Assembly (NCBI GenBank): GCA_028023455.1
Contig: JAQFVV010000002.1
Location: 7,068,001-7,132,000 of the forward strand
DNA length: 64,000 bases
From: Epiperipatus broadwayi
Taxonomy: Eukaryota; Animalia; Onychophora
Direction: 5' to 3'
The notes beneath the pieces are model-generated. The model was not told the origin of the DNA. It saw only the letters and a program-made list of their open reading frames with translations, and searched no databases. This document shows positions 41,371 through 53,379 of this stretch, piece by piece (position 1 is the first letter of the stretch; each line of letters opens with the position of its first letter). A program made the position numbers and the translations under genes.

Positions 41371-42964
41371 GATACCATGTTCCCCCAAAATAAGACTTAA
41401 CCAAAAATAAATCATAAACATGAGTTTTGAGAAACCATATAATATAATCCCCATTTCAAATATAAGTCCTAGTTAAGATTGGTAACCTCATAGACAGCTT
41501 TTGTTTGCCCATTGAAACATATGATGGGTTATATTGGAATTATAAAGTAATGAATGTATAAATAAACAATATTATTGACATTAATGTTTAAATAAATGGT
41601 AATATAAATTATATGATTCTTTTATATTTTCCCATAGACTATTTTTAACAAAAGTAAATCTACTTGTATAGTGAAACAATTTTTTTTATTATAAGTCAGT
41701 ATATCAGACAATTTATAATTTCATATATATATATATTTAGATATTTATTTTATTTATATTTAATACTTATATTTAGAATGCTTGATTTAGTTTTAGAATT
41801 TCAGCAAAGTAGCTTTTAAATATTCAAAGTATAAAAAAAAATTAGTTTGATTTCTTAAACATTATTTTTTCTCCTAAAAGATTTTCTTAAAATAATGAAG
41901 TGATTTAATTTACCAAAGTTTAGCCTAAATTAAATCAGATTCTTTTTCTTCAAAAGTAATGTTTCTAAAAATTATGCCCAATCAGAGCTATTACAAGTAA
42001 CTTGAAAAGTGTTTACAATTTTCATAGTTGATAACGAATGGATGTGGTTGTGTCATATAATATAAATCATCATAACTTAATATAATAAATAACAAATTGC
42101 CCAGAGATTAACATATTTATACAAGGTACATCAGTAAGGACTTTACTTGATTCTGGGAGTCAAATTTCCATTATCTCAGAAAACTTCTACAGTAAGCTTA
42201 CTGAAATTGATTTTGAAATCCCTATGTTGTGATTGAGACAGACACAAGTTATAATGGCAAATGGTCATAAGGCAAAAATTGTTGGCTCAGCAAGTATGGT
42301 TGACTGTAAGAGGTAATTCAATAACAGTGAAGCAAATATTTTTTGATCATGTCTGGATTTATTTATGAAGTCACAATAGGGTCCAACTGCATGAATCAGT
42401 TCAGATGCGTTATTGTTTATACCAATCAAGAATTAGTTTTAAAAGAGGGAAAGTGTATCTTTAAGAGGAAGGTACCCATTAAAAGTTTCAAGATACTAGC
42501 CATCCAAACTAATTCTACAGAGTCAGATTTACATACAAAAATTTGTGAATCTTCTGAGTAGGATAATGACTTCAAAGAAAAGTTTTTTTCAGGTACTCTG
42601 TTGATATAAGGATGTATTTTCTAAAAAGCTTGGTGTAATAAAAGGTTATGTACATCAGATATGTTTGAAGGTCTTTAGTCCCTTTCAATGTAAAAGATAT
42701 CCTATCCATCATCAGCATAAAGCTGAAGTGAAAAAGCAAATTGATCAGATGGCTAAGTGAAAAATTATCAGGAAATGTCCCTCCGCATATAATAGTCCAG
42801 TAAACATCACATGGTGCCATTTCTTATGCTTTTTTATAATTGTTATTAAAACAGGAAAAACTTTCTATATGTATTGCCACTCAGTGCAAGCAGAGTAATC
42901 AGTGAAATGTCATAAGGCTTGTACATAAAATCCCCATCTAGTGCCTGCTCATCCAATATTCCCA

Positions 42965-42994
42965 TACTAGTTTTTGTCTTGTGGCCTTCATCAG
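42965..42994 (-). ncRNA. Hammerhead core, family 1, degenerate
   Basis: CTGATGAAGGCCACAAGACAAAAACTAGTA: G12 and stem II mutated. Confidence 0.6.
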
Positions 42995-43127
42995 TGAGTA
43001 GCTTTGAATCTGAGAGCACTGCAGTTAAGTTGAGCATTGTAATTAAGTAGAGATAAAAGGTGGCTACTAAAGGATTGCATTAGATTCTAAGATCTAGGTG
43101 CAATGCTCTCAGATCCAAGGTTCCTCA

Positions 43128-43157
43128 CTGACGAAGGCCACAAGCCAGAAACTAGTC
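43128..43157 (+). ncRNA. Hammerhead core, family 1, unmutated
   Basis: CTGACGA AGGC-CACAA-GCCA GAAA C-TA-G TC with TTCCTCA / TGGGAA stem I. Confidence 0.8.
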
Positions 43158-43557
43158 TGGGAAAATTGGATGAGTAGGCACTAGATGGGAATTTTATGCA
43201 CAAGCCTTCTGGCATCCATTGATTATTCTGTCCTGTACTGAGTGGCAATATGTATAGAGCTTTGTCTGTTTTAATAAGTTATAAGCAAGCATAAGAAATG
43301 GTAATCATGTGATTAAAACCAATCTTGCCTAATAGGATAATAGTGGCTATGGTTATTAAGGAACCAAAGTCACCAAAATGTATAGATATTCAGACCTATA
43401 TGACTACATAAGATAATGAGCTTGGATTGAAAATATTATGGTGTTTTAAATTTAAGAGTCATAGTTTTGTAGTTAAATAGATATAAAAGGTGGCTGCTGG
43501 AGGGTTGCATTAGAACCTAAGATCTAGGTGCAGTGCTCTCAGATCCAAAGCTCCTTA

Positions 43558-43587
43558 TTGATGAAGACCACAAGCCAGAAACTAGTC
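43558..43587 (+). ncRNA. Hammerhead core, family 1, degenerate
   Basis: TTGATGAAGACCACAAGCCAGAAACTAGTC: C3 to T and one stem II change. Confidence 0.65.
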
Positions 43588-45999
43588 TGGGGATATTAGA
43601 TGAGTAGGCACTTGGAGATTTTTTACACAAGCCTTCTGACATCCATTGATTACTCTGGCTTGCACTGAGTGGCAATACATATAGAGAGTTTTGTTTGTTT
43701 TAATATAATAGTCCATTGGTGATCACTTATAAAAAGAATGGATTCATTTGCTTGAATGTGAGATTCATGAATCAGGTAATGATTCCAAAAGGCAATGTTT
43801 ATCCTACTATACAGAAATTATTAATTAAATTTAAAGACAAAAAGGTCTTTTCTACAGTCAATTTAACAGCTGGTTTTGGCAATACTATATTTGCATATTG
43901 AAGATCAGAAATATACTGCATTTAAATACTCATATGCTTTTGAGAGAATGCCTTTCAGACTTAATAAATAGAATGTCTGGACTCCTGAAATGTTTAGATA
44001 ATGTATTGTCTGAGGAAATTACCCTGTATGTGGATGATGATGTGATTGCTTCTGAAAACATCTCGGAGCATTTTCATCATTTATATATGTTTAAAAAAGA
44101 GTGTGAAAAAACATTTTAAAGAAGAGTAAAATAGCTGTTAAGGAGATAGAATTTTTGGAGCACATTGTAGGATATGATGAGATACAACCACATCCTGATA
44201 AAAGCAAGTCTATACAAAATTTTCTCATTCAAGAGAATAAAAAGCAATTACATTTTTTCCTGGATGTCTGCAATTTTTATCATAGGGTCTATGAGAATTT
44301 TGTTTATGAAACTGTTCATATATTAAATTTTTTAAGGAAAGGTGAGACATGGAAATGGACTGAGAACCAATGTAGAATTTGAAAGAAACAAATCAAAATT
44401 TTTGAATACTGTAATCTTATACTATCCTAATTTCCAAAAAAACATTTTATGTGCAAACTGATAGTAGTGGGTATGGTCTAGGAGTAGTTTTATGCCAGTT
44501 GGACTATAAAAAGAAGCCTCATGTCTTATATTTCTTGAGCAGATTGTTGAAGGTGCAGAATTATATTATACCACCACAGAAAAAGAAGCCTTAGTTGTTG
44601 TACAAGCTTTTCAAAAGCTATGACATTGTCTGTTTGGGTCTGAAATAGTAGTTATTACAGATCAGAAGAGTTTAGAATTTATTAATCAAACCTGTTTAAA
44701 TAGTGAAAAGCTAGATAAGTGGAGTTTATTCTTTCAACAATTTAATTATAAGATTCAGTATTGTCAAGAAAAGGATAATATTGTAGCAGATATTCTAAGT
44801 AGGAATTCTGTCAAAGTACACTTCTATTGTATTAATCTAGATCATGTTTTTACCATTGTCATCTCTCTAGAAGTTGATGATTTAGTGGAAAATGATTTAA
44901 AGAATTTATCTATTTTACAATTGTGTGATTCTAAATTGAATGCAATTATTCAATATTTGGATGCAGGAATTGAATCTGTAGTCATAAGAAAAATGATTAA
45001 GGATAAAATAATGTTAAGGAATAAAGTGAGTGTAAGTTTGTTGTGTTATAAAATAAAGGAGGGCAATGAAACAATGTAATAACATCATGTATCAGAAATC
45101 AATTAATATATTATGGCATTGTCTTTATGGGACCCTGAACCCAGAAAAGTAGAATACATTGTGACATTGTGTGCAGACTGTTATACTGGCCTGGATTGTA
45201 TGTGTCCATGTTGAACAGGCTAAGTTGTATTCTAGGACATTGTAACCAATAATACCAAGTTGTACCAATGATCTTTTAGCTATCAATTTCTATGGATTTT
45301 TATCATGGCATCAAGTTTATTTTGATCACTTATGATGTCTCCTTCAAATTTGTAGGTGCATATCCAGAGTCCAAGGCAAATGTTAGAAATATAATTAGAA
45401 TATTTGCAAGAATCAGTTTGTAAAGATAGGGAAACCTGGGGCTATTGTGACAGACTATGGTACATCATTCCTGTCTAAGAAGTGGAAAAGTTGGATTGAA
45501 TGATAGAATATAAAATATTTTGTATTCAATTAGGAACCCCAGTCTAACCAATGCAAAAGACTTATGCATGGGTTGGATAGATTATTTAGGGTATACCCAG
45601 GAAACAACCACCATACTTAGGTGAATCAATTGAAGGATGTAGTTCATTATATTAATATAACACAAAATGAATCCACTAAGTTTACCCCAATGTATCTGCA
45701 CTTCTGATATAGGGACCTTATAATAATTAAGATTCAATTACCTACTACTTCTGAAGAAGAGATAGATTATGATAATGATTTATCAAAGGCTAGTGAAAAA
45801 TTGAGAGATGGGACAGAAAAGAATTACCCAAGTCTCTCATAAGCCTTGTATATTTAAAGTAGATTTCATATTTGTAAGAACTCCCCAAATCAGTGACTCA
45901 AGTTCAAAAAATTTTTGAACATACATGAGGGACCATTCTGAATAAAAAGAATAATGGGGGAGAATACATTTCTCATAAAAAATCCTGAAAGTGAAAAAG

Positions 46000-46880
46000 G
46001 TACCTTCAATGCTTGAAGTTTAAAATCAATAGCACCAGCCGAATAAATAAAATGTATTCACCAAGTTACATTATTATTGCTTGTGGTATTTAAAATTGTG
46101 ATCTATAGTAGTTGGTAATGCTGTAAATACATATAAAAAAGAGAGAGGTATTTATAGTTAAAAATACTTAAATATATATATATATATTATGTAAGTAATA
46201 TTTGCTGCTATACCTTATGAAATTAACTAGTGGTGATGAGTAGGTGATTTGATAAATTGGAGATATAGAATGTAAGATTTTAGTATATATGCTAGTTATA
46301 GATTGAAATTATTTTTATGATTAAGGCTTTTTTGATGGTGTATTGTGGCACAAAACTCTATGGGAATTAATATTGAAGGCCCAAGTTTTCAGATGTCTGA
46401 GACTCATTACAGAGTATCAGGTAAAAAAAAAATCATAATGACATGGTGAATATTTAATTATGAATTATAAGTTAAAATAGGATGTTCAGTAGTTTTCCTT
46501 ACCTTCGCAAAAGGCTATTCAAATACAAAAGTCCCTGACTAGCAATCATGTAGTGCACAACTTAGCTCACAAAGTAGTTGTCACATCCTTCAGAAATTAA
46601 AATTAGATTTGATCTTAGTCAGTTTATTTTAGTATTAAAAGTGATTTTAAATATGGTGTCTCTCTGCTATTTTGATCTCCAGCTCATTATAGAAGTTAAT
46701 TTGCATTTACTTAGTTTATCTCATAAGGAAAAATAATTTTAAAGGTGGTACATTCAATGCCCAAAATTTACAACCAATAGTATCACCTGAATAAAAATGT
46801 ATTCAATAAAGTTACATTATTATTTTTTTTATGATCCTGTTATTTAAAATGTTGACCCATAGTAGTCTGTAATAATGGGA
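46000..46880 (+). repeat. Diverged ~130 bp duplication at the Gypsy 3' end (about 46000-46120 and 46748-46880)
   Basis: GGTAC.TTCAATGC..AA.TT.A.A..CAATAG..CA..GAATAAA..AATGTATTCA..AAGTTACATTATTATT..ATAGTAGT is shared. Confidence 0.65.
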
Positions 46881-47509
46881 AGTACAGATATATATAAACA
46901 GGATATAATGAAGCTCTTTAGATAAGTAAAATATGTAAATATATTTGTTTAATGGCACAAATATAGTATGTAATGAAAACATATGACCATTAGAAAGTAA
47001 TTAGTGATGGTTGGATTCATGAATATATTTTTCTTTTCTGAGGTATTTAGTTTCCATGAAATAAATACTATATATTTTATTGTCTGACTATAACTTTAAA
47101 GTATTGTTATTAAGAAAGTTACTGGAAAATCTAAAGATATAGAAGATTAATTGTAAATCCAATATAAGACTTTAATTATAAAAAAAAAACCTAAAGATGT
47201 CGTTGTACTTTGAAACATTGGTAGTGGATTGTGAAAAAATACACATATATATTTTAAGAAGATACAGATCAAAAGGAATAAATAAATTCTGTATTATTTT
47301 GGTGAAGATAGTATACCTAGAATTTATTAAACTGACTTATTAAATGATATGTGAAGATGAGGAAGATGGAGGGAATAAATGTCCATGCTTATTAAGAGGA
47401 AAGTAGTTTATTGTGGGAAAAAAAAAAAGAGAGAGAGGATAAAGGAAAAAGAGAAAAGGAAAAATCTTTTTTTTTCTTTTATGGTTGGGAAGTATTGTAC
47501 CTGCCCAGA

Positions 47510-47573
47510 TTAGAACTGTATATTACAGTATAGTCTGTGAATTAGAACTGTATATTACAGTATAGTCGGTGAA
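47510..47573 (+). repeat. 32 bp tandem duplication
   Basis: TTAGAACTGTATATTACAGTATAGTC(T/G)GTGAA twice. Confidence 0.9.
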
Positions 47574-47664
47574 TACAGCACACACACACACACATATATA
47601 TATATATTAGTATAAAAAGGAAGTTTATTGATCTTATTTAATTTCATAACCATGGCAACATATT

Positions 47665-48452
47665 ATTTTTAAATAACATTCTTATTTAGATTTAGAAGAT
47701 GATGTAGTGGTTTTTGCAAATAATGTTTTAGAGCTGCAGGAGTTATCAGATGAAAGTAGGAAAGTGGGATTAAAGATAAATGTTAAAAAGACTAAAGTAA
47801 TGTTTAATGGATTTTCTTTAAATATGAAAATAAAGATTGATTGTGATGAGTTAGAAGAAGTTAACAGTTACAAATACCTTGGTCAGATTATTAATACAGA
47901 TGGAACATAATGGATAAAATTAATCATAGAATTAAACTTGGCTGGAGTGTTTTTTGGTAGAAATAACTTGATACTAAAAGGAAATATGCCTATGTGTTTG
48001 AAAAGAAAGGTTTTTAATAAATGTGTTTTACCAGTTCTTACTTATGGATCTGAGACTTGGACCCTTAATAAAAGAGCAATATAGCAACTTCAGATTACTC
48101 AAAGAAGTATGGAGAGATGTATGTTGGGAGTAACAAGAAAAGATCAAAAACAATATATGGATAAGAGAACAAGCGGATATTACTGACGTCATTGAAAAAT
48201 TAAAAGACTGACATGGAGTTGGACTTGACACATTGTGAGAAGAGATGCTAATAGGTGGACAATTGAAATCTTAATCTGGATTCCAAGAGATTACAAAAGA
48301 CCCAGAAAGAGACCGCATGTGAGATGGATGGATGAAATAAGAAAGTGTGCAGGGGTGATGTGGAGAAGAGAAGCTAAAGATAGGAGAAGATGGATTAAAC
48401 TTGAAGAGACCTTCATCCTACAGTGGATTGATAATGATTGATGATGATGATA
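47665..48452 (+). mobile_element. 5'-truncated RTE LINE (RT C-terminal half), same family as 39172-39588
   Basis: DDVVVFANN..ELQELSDESRKVGLKINVKKTKVM, YKYLGQ, TYGSETWTLN, RWTIEIL..RPHVRWMDEIR; ends in (TGA)n. Confidence 0.92.
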
Positions 48453-49560
48453 TGTAAAAAATGTGTTTAAATATAAAATGTGCAATTATAATAAAGTCAA
48501 AATAAAATTAACAGTTTCACCTTTTTATTTTAATGTGGCAAAAATATTGATACTATATTGAAAATTAACTAAAATTAGCAATAAAACAAAAATAGATTTC
48601 TCTAAATAAAACTGTTATTTTTAAGATAAGAATTTATAAAAATATTTCTTAGTTTTAAGCTAAACAATTTTCATTTATCTATTTACATAAATGCAGACCA
48701 CATTCTCATCTTGCTTCACTAAAAAAACCTTTTTTATCTTATTTTACTCATTTTAAATAAAATAACATTTTCTTAAATACTACATGAAATTATATTTCAA
48801 AAGAAAATAAAAACCTTTCTTTTCAAAATTTCACAGAACCAACCTCTAATAAATCTTCGACATTTTTGTGACTTGCTTAAACCTATCTATAAAGCAAATT
48901 GTTTCAAACAAAATCTATTTACCTGTTAATTTAAAAAAAATAATAAATGACCTAACTAATATATACATGTACACATCCTTTTTTAAAAAATTTAAGCAAA
49001 AAATAGAATACACTAATTCATGAGAAAAACATGGATGCTGGATTTTTAGCATTATGAAAATCTTTTGTACCTAATGGAATTTTAATCATATAAGAGATTT
49101 CTTTAAGTTTATCAACTATCAATAAATTGAGAATATACAAAGGGAGTAGAGGGAATAGTTGAGCATATTTGGAAAATAATCCAAATAAAGTGATTAATAA
49201 ATGAGCATATGGGTATCCATTATTGCGCAAGACAACATTTGTGATGGCAAAATGTGAGCATGGGAAATCTAGTGGACATATATGTAGTTACTTTTTGTAT
49301 AGTTTGTGTAGTTGACGAATGTAGAACATGTTAAATAAAATATATTGTTTAAGGTGTTTTTCACCAAGGCTATGAGCATATGAACTTGTAAAACTGAATA
49401 AACTGAGCCTTCCAATCTATCTTAATTGCCACAAAAAACTTGCACATAACAAAATTCATATTTTGAGTGATGCTTTATGACAAAATATGCCACATTAGCC
49501 AGAAAATATCCTGCCAGCAATACAAACAAAGTGTAGTTGAAGAGCTAATCTTGAAAAATT

Positions 49561-49720
49561 AAATTCTGTATTTAATTTTAAGTTTCATAGTGAGTCAAGA
49601 AGTCAGCACTCATAGATAATGAATACATAAAATGTTAAAAAGATAAATTCTGTATTTAATTTCAAGTTTCATAATGAGTCAAGAAGTCAGCACTCATAGA
49701 TAATGAATACATAAAATGTT
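49561..49720 (+). repeat. 84 bp tandem duplication inside the hAT relic
   Basis: AAATTCTGTATTTAATTT.AAGTTTCATA.TGAGTCAAGAAGTCAGCACTCATAGATAATGAATACATAAAATGTT at 49561 and 49645. Confidence 0.92.
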
Positions 49721-51263
49721 GTTTTAAAAAGATATTTTAAATAAAATTAAAAACATACCATTATCTGGCCAAAATAGTAACAGATAGAATAGTTAAAATG
49801 ACCTCAAATGTGACCCACCATTAAATCCAATATATTAAATAAACTTCAGCTTTATCAATTGAAATAGACGAGTCTTATAACATCAAGAACATCCCAGACT
49901 TCCCTTTTTATGTCTTATATATCATTTGAAAATTCAAGAGAAAAACCTATGGAATTATTATCACTCAAGAAAAGTGTGTGGAGAAGACATAACCAATATC
50001 ATCCTTGAATGCATGAATAAAAATCATACCCACTCATTTTGATGGTATAAAAAGTATGGCTGGAGTGAAAAATGGTTTTGTCTCAATTTTAAAAGGAGAA
50101 AATAATCATATAATGATTACTTTCCATTATATACTCTATCAGGAAGTACTTTGGACACAAACAATTCCAGAAGATATCAGTAGAATTATGGAAATGGCAA
50201 ATAAGGTTACCAACTTTATTGCAGCAAGGGGACCTAACTATTGATAATTTAAAATGTGGTGAAGTAAAATAGAGAGTGAATATTCAGATCTTCTTAATAC
50301 AACAGGATTTAATGGCTTTCTAGATGTACAGGTTAAAGCATTTTGATCTTGCATATATGAAATCAAACTATTCCTTATCAGGAAATGTTTTCAATATTTA
50401 GAATTAATAGATCAGTGAAGGCAAAAATTACACTTTATGATGAGGCATTACATTGCAGCAGAATCATCTTAATAGTAAATTATAAGGCCAGAGAAATACT
50501 GCTTTTTCAATGGTAGAAATTATTTCATTTGAAAAAAAAAAATGATTCTGTTTGCTGAAAATTTAGAAAAGGAAACTTTAGTTCATTTCACAAACTTCTC
50601 TCAATATCAACATAAACAAAGATTACTACAAGACAACAATTTTAAACATGACAGAATCTTTCCTTCAAAAGTTTCTGGAATTCAGACATGAGAAAGTGAA
50701 TTTAGCTTTTATTAAATATTATTTTAATGCCAATGTGAAGGAATTAATTATTTATCATTTGATATTGGCATGGCTAATTTTAAAATATATTTGCTGGACT
50801 TGATAAGCAAGGATTTATGGAGTTCCATGTAATATGTCTTGGTACTGAAATAAAAAAAGTGAAAAATAAAAAATATATAATTTTATTTCACAGCACAGAC
50901 AGACTGCTATAAAAGACTTACAGAAGACAGGCTCAATGATTTTCAATATCTGCAATAGTCTTCCAATTCATATCATGAGTTGAAAAAATTTTCACTTGAT
51001 GTTCTCAGCATCTTTGATTCTATATATTTATGGGAACAATTGTTTTCTAACATGAACTTAATTAAATGTAAATTGAGGATACAAATTACTGATTGTGCCT
51101 TAAATTAAAAATGACTAGTTACAAACCAGATATACAGAATCTTTCTAAGAAAATACAAATTCATTATATGTATTGCCACACACAGCAAACTAGAGTAATC
51201 AATGGAAGCCAGAAGGCTTCTGCATAAAATCCTCATCTAGTGCCTACTCATCCAATATCCCCA

Positions 51264-51293
51264 GACTAGTTTCTGGCTTGTGGCCTTCGTCAG
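51264..51293 (-). ncRNA. Hammerhead core, family 1, unmutated
   Basis: Minus strand CTGACGAAGGCCACAAGCCAGAAACTAGTC with extended stem I. Confidence 0.8.
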
Positions 51294-51359
51294 TGAGGAG
51301 GCTTGGATCTGAGAGTACTGCACCTAGATCTGCAGTGCTCTCAGATCCAAGGCTCCTCA

Positions 51360-51389
51360 CTGACAAAGGCCACAAGCCAGAAACTAGTC
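51360..51389 (+). ncRNA. Hammerhead core, family 1, G8 to A (CpG decay)
   Basis: CTGACAAAGGCCACAAGCCAGAAACTAGTC. Confidence 0.7.
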
Positions 51390-53379
51390 TGGGGATATTG
51401 GATGAGTAGGCACTAGATGAGGATTTTATGCAGAAGCCTTCTGGCATCCATTGAGTACTCTAGCTTGCTGTGTGTGGCAATACGTATAGTGACTTTTACC
51501 TGTTTTAACAACAGTTATACACAAGCATAAAAAGTGGTGATCATGTGATGTTTATTGATTTAAAATACAAATTCATAGCTTACATTGATTATATCCAATA
51601 ATAGCAAATTTTTGTGAGATTTTTTTCTTCATTTACTAAAGATATAATTAATATTATAACTTGTTACAATATTACTTTTAATTTGTAATATTTATGGTTC
51701 TTGACTAATTTTTAAATTGTTATGAGGGACAAGTATGGCTCTTCCCACTCAGAAGTTTGCTGACCCCTGATATATAAAAATGAATATATATAAATGTTTT
51801 AAGAAAATATAAAATTAAATAATTTATTTTTTTATGTATAATCAGTTTTCTTGTTTAATATTTAAAATGCTATAAATAAATAGGATTTGCTTTAGAAGTA
51901 ACATGATTTGAATAGATAATTAGTCACTAAATGAAAATCAAAAAGGTCCGAGATAATTCTCCAAATGAAATATAAATAATGTTCTTAAATGAAAAAAATA
52001 TAAAAACGGAGAATTAATGTATAAACATGTTTTAATGAAATGTAAGTTTTCTATAAAATCAAAAATATTTTTTGTAATTACAGTGAAGCCATGGTACTAT
52101 ACATTATTTCAATAGTATGCTATTCCCCTAAAAATGTAAATAAATAAAAACTAAAAACATTATAATTATTAAATTTTATAATGGAACAGCAGGCATTTTT
52201 TAATCTCAAAATATTAGTTGTGATCACTTTATTAATAATGTTCCTTTAGTTTACATTAAGGCAGTAGTATGTTGATAATAAAACTCTTATTTTATTATCA
52301 TTGAAAAAAAGTTATTGAAGATAAAAAAACATCATCCAAACTTCTTTAAATTGCTGTGCAAACGTGACATTTGCACTATTTATTTTATTTAAAGAAATAA
52401 AGATAACATGTAGTAAGTTTGATATTACTTTTATTTTTTTGAATTAATGTGGACAAGTGAACACATGATAAATAAATATGATCCCTCAATTTATTACTAA
52501 TAACTACATTATTTTTTAATATGTTTATAGCACAATCTTAATTTATATATATGCACATAAAAGATGTCTGTGTTATATACATATGTGTGAGAGTGTGTTA
52601 AAAAGTACTGTACCCATGTAATTCAACAAACAATATATATGTATTGTATTGTAAATATAGCCTATCAACAAAATGTGAGCTATTAAACACGAACTATAAT
52701 GTACATAAGAGAGTTTGAAACATATAACATTTCCATTATATATCTTTTTTTTTTATATTAATAGGCATAAAAGATTGTTTTAAGAAGAAAAGATCAGAAA
52801 CTACTGTGAAAGCAAAAAGTGAAAATCCTGTGATATAAATCTTCATATATTTCAAATTATTTAATAAAATGATTTATTTCAACAAATATAATGAAATAAT
52901 AAAAGACCAGGGGGAAAAAATCCTTCCTACAATTGCGAAACTTCACTAAAAAGAAAGATGCCTTACATATATGTTGTCCTGTTTCAAATAAAATGGTCAA
53001 TTAAGATTACAGTAATGCATCATAGTTAGCATTGTCAAATGTTGAAATTAAAATTTTAAAAAAATCTGAGTTTATTGTTAAAAAAAATGGAGATAAAGAA
53101 AGAAAATTATCTTTGTCTCCACAATACATTGGAAAATCCATGAATAATACCACAAAATCAAAAACTATACTGCAGCACGTTCACATTTATGTGCAAGTAA
53201 TTCTTTTAAAAAAAGATGAAAGAAAATAAAAAACTTAATCAAACTGAATATTTTATTTCTCTACTGAAGCTGAGAGAGTTTTAAGTGATTTGAAATTTAT
53301 AAATATTTAAACACAACATACATTTTAATTAATGGTAGACTTTTCATTTTATTTTATATTTACATAATATAACCAATTT

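Larger units (their letters stand above)
42800..43702. mobile_element. HHR family 1 insertion B: inverted arm plus ~1.5-mer tandem, three HHRs
   Basis: Minus arm 42800-43023, plus arm about 43040-43702 with HHRs 430 bp apart; perfect 13 bp TSD ATATAATAGTCCA at 42787-42799 and 43703-43715. Confidence 0.92.
42090..46020 (+). mobile_element. Decayed Ty3/Gypsy pol (PR-RT-RH-IN), split by HHR insertion B
   Basis: TLLDSGSQISII (protease), SAYNSP|LVITYKKNG (RT, split by the insert), LYVDD, QTDSSGYGLGVVL and YTTTEKEAL (RNase H), IVTDYGTSF and NPQSN (integrase), GPF-like motif near 45930. The order PR-RT-RH-IN indicates Gypsy. LTRs not delimited. Confidence 0.9.
51165..51561. mobile_element. HHR family 1 insertion C: 158 bp head-to-head arms, 8 nt loop, 73 nt tail
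   Basis: Arms 51165-51322 and 51331-51488; perfect 15 bp TSD AAAATACAAATTCAT at 51150-51164 and 51562-51576; splits the hAT C-terminus. Confidence 0.93.
49340..51769 (+). mobile_element. Decayed hAT (SPIN/Buster, GTF2IRD2-like) transposon
   Basis: LPICLIC..KLAHNK, MAGVKNGFVSILK..FHYILYQE, FDSIYLWEQLFSNMNLIKCK and LKMTSYKPDI; right terminus TTTGCTGACCCCTG at 51756-51769. Left TIR not found. Confidence 0.8.

Noticed and set aside
41372-41420. TcMar-like terminus TACCATGTTCCCCCAAAATAAGAC (similar reversed end near 19740-19755)
   Set aside because: No paired TIR in the right orientation, so no element could be delimited.
42800-43702. Interpretation of family 1 as a MITE or CRISPR-like array
   Set aside because: Arms are unequal and vary between loci, TSDs are 12-15 bp, copies include tandem multimers, and there is no repeat-spacer structure.
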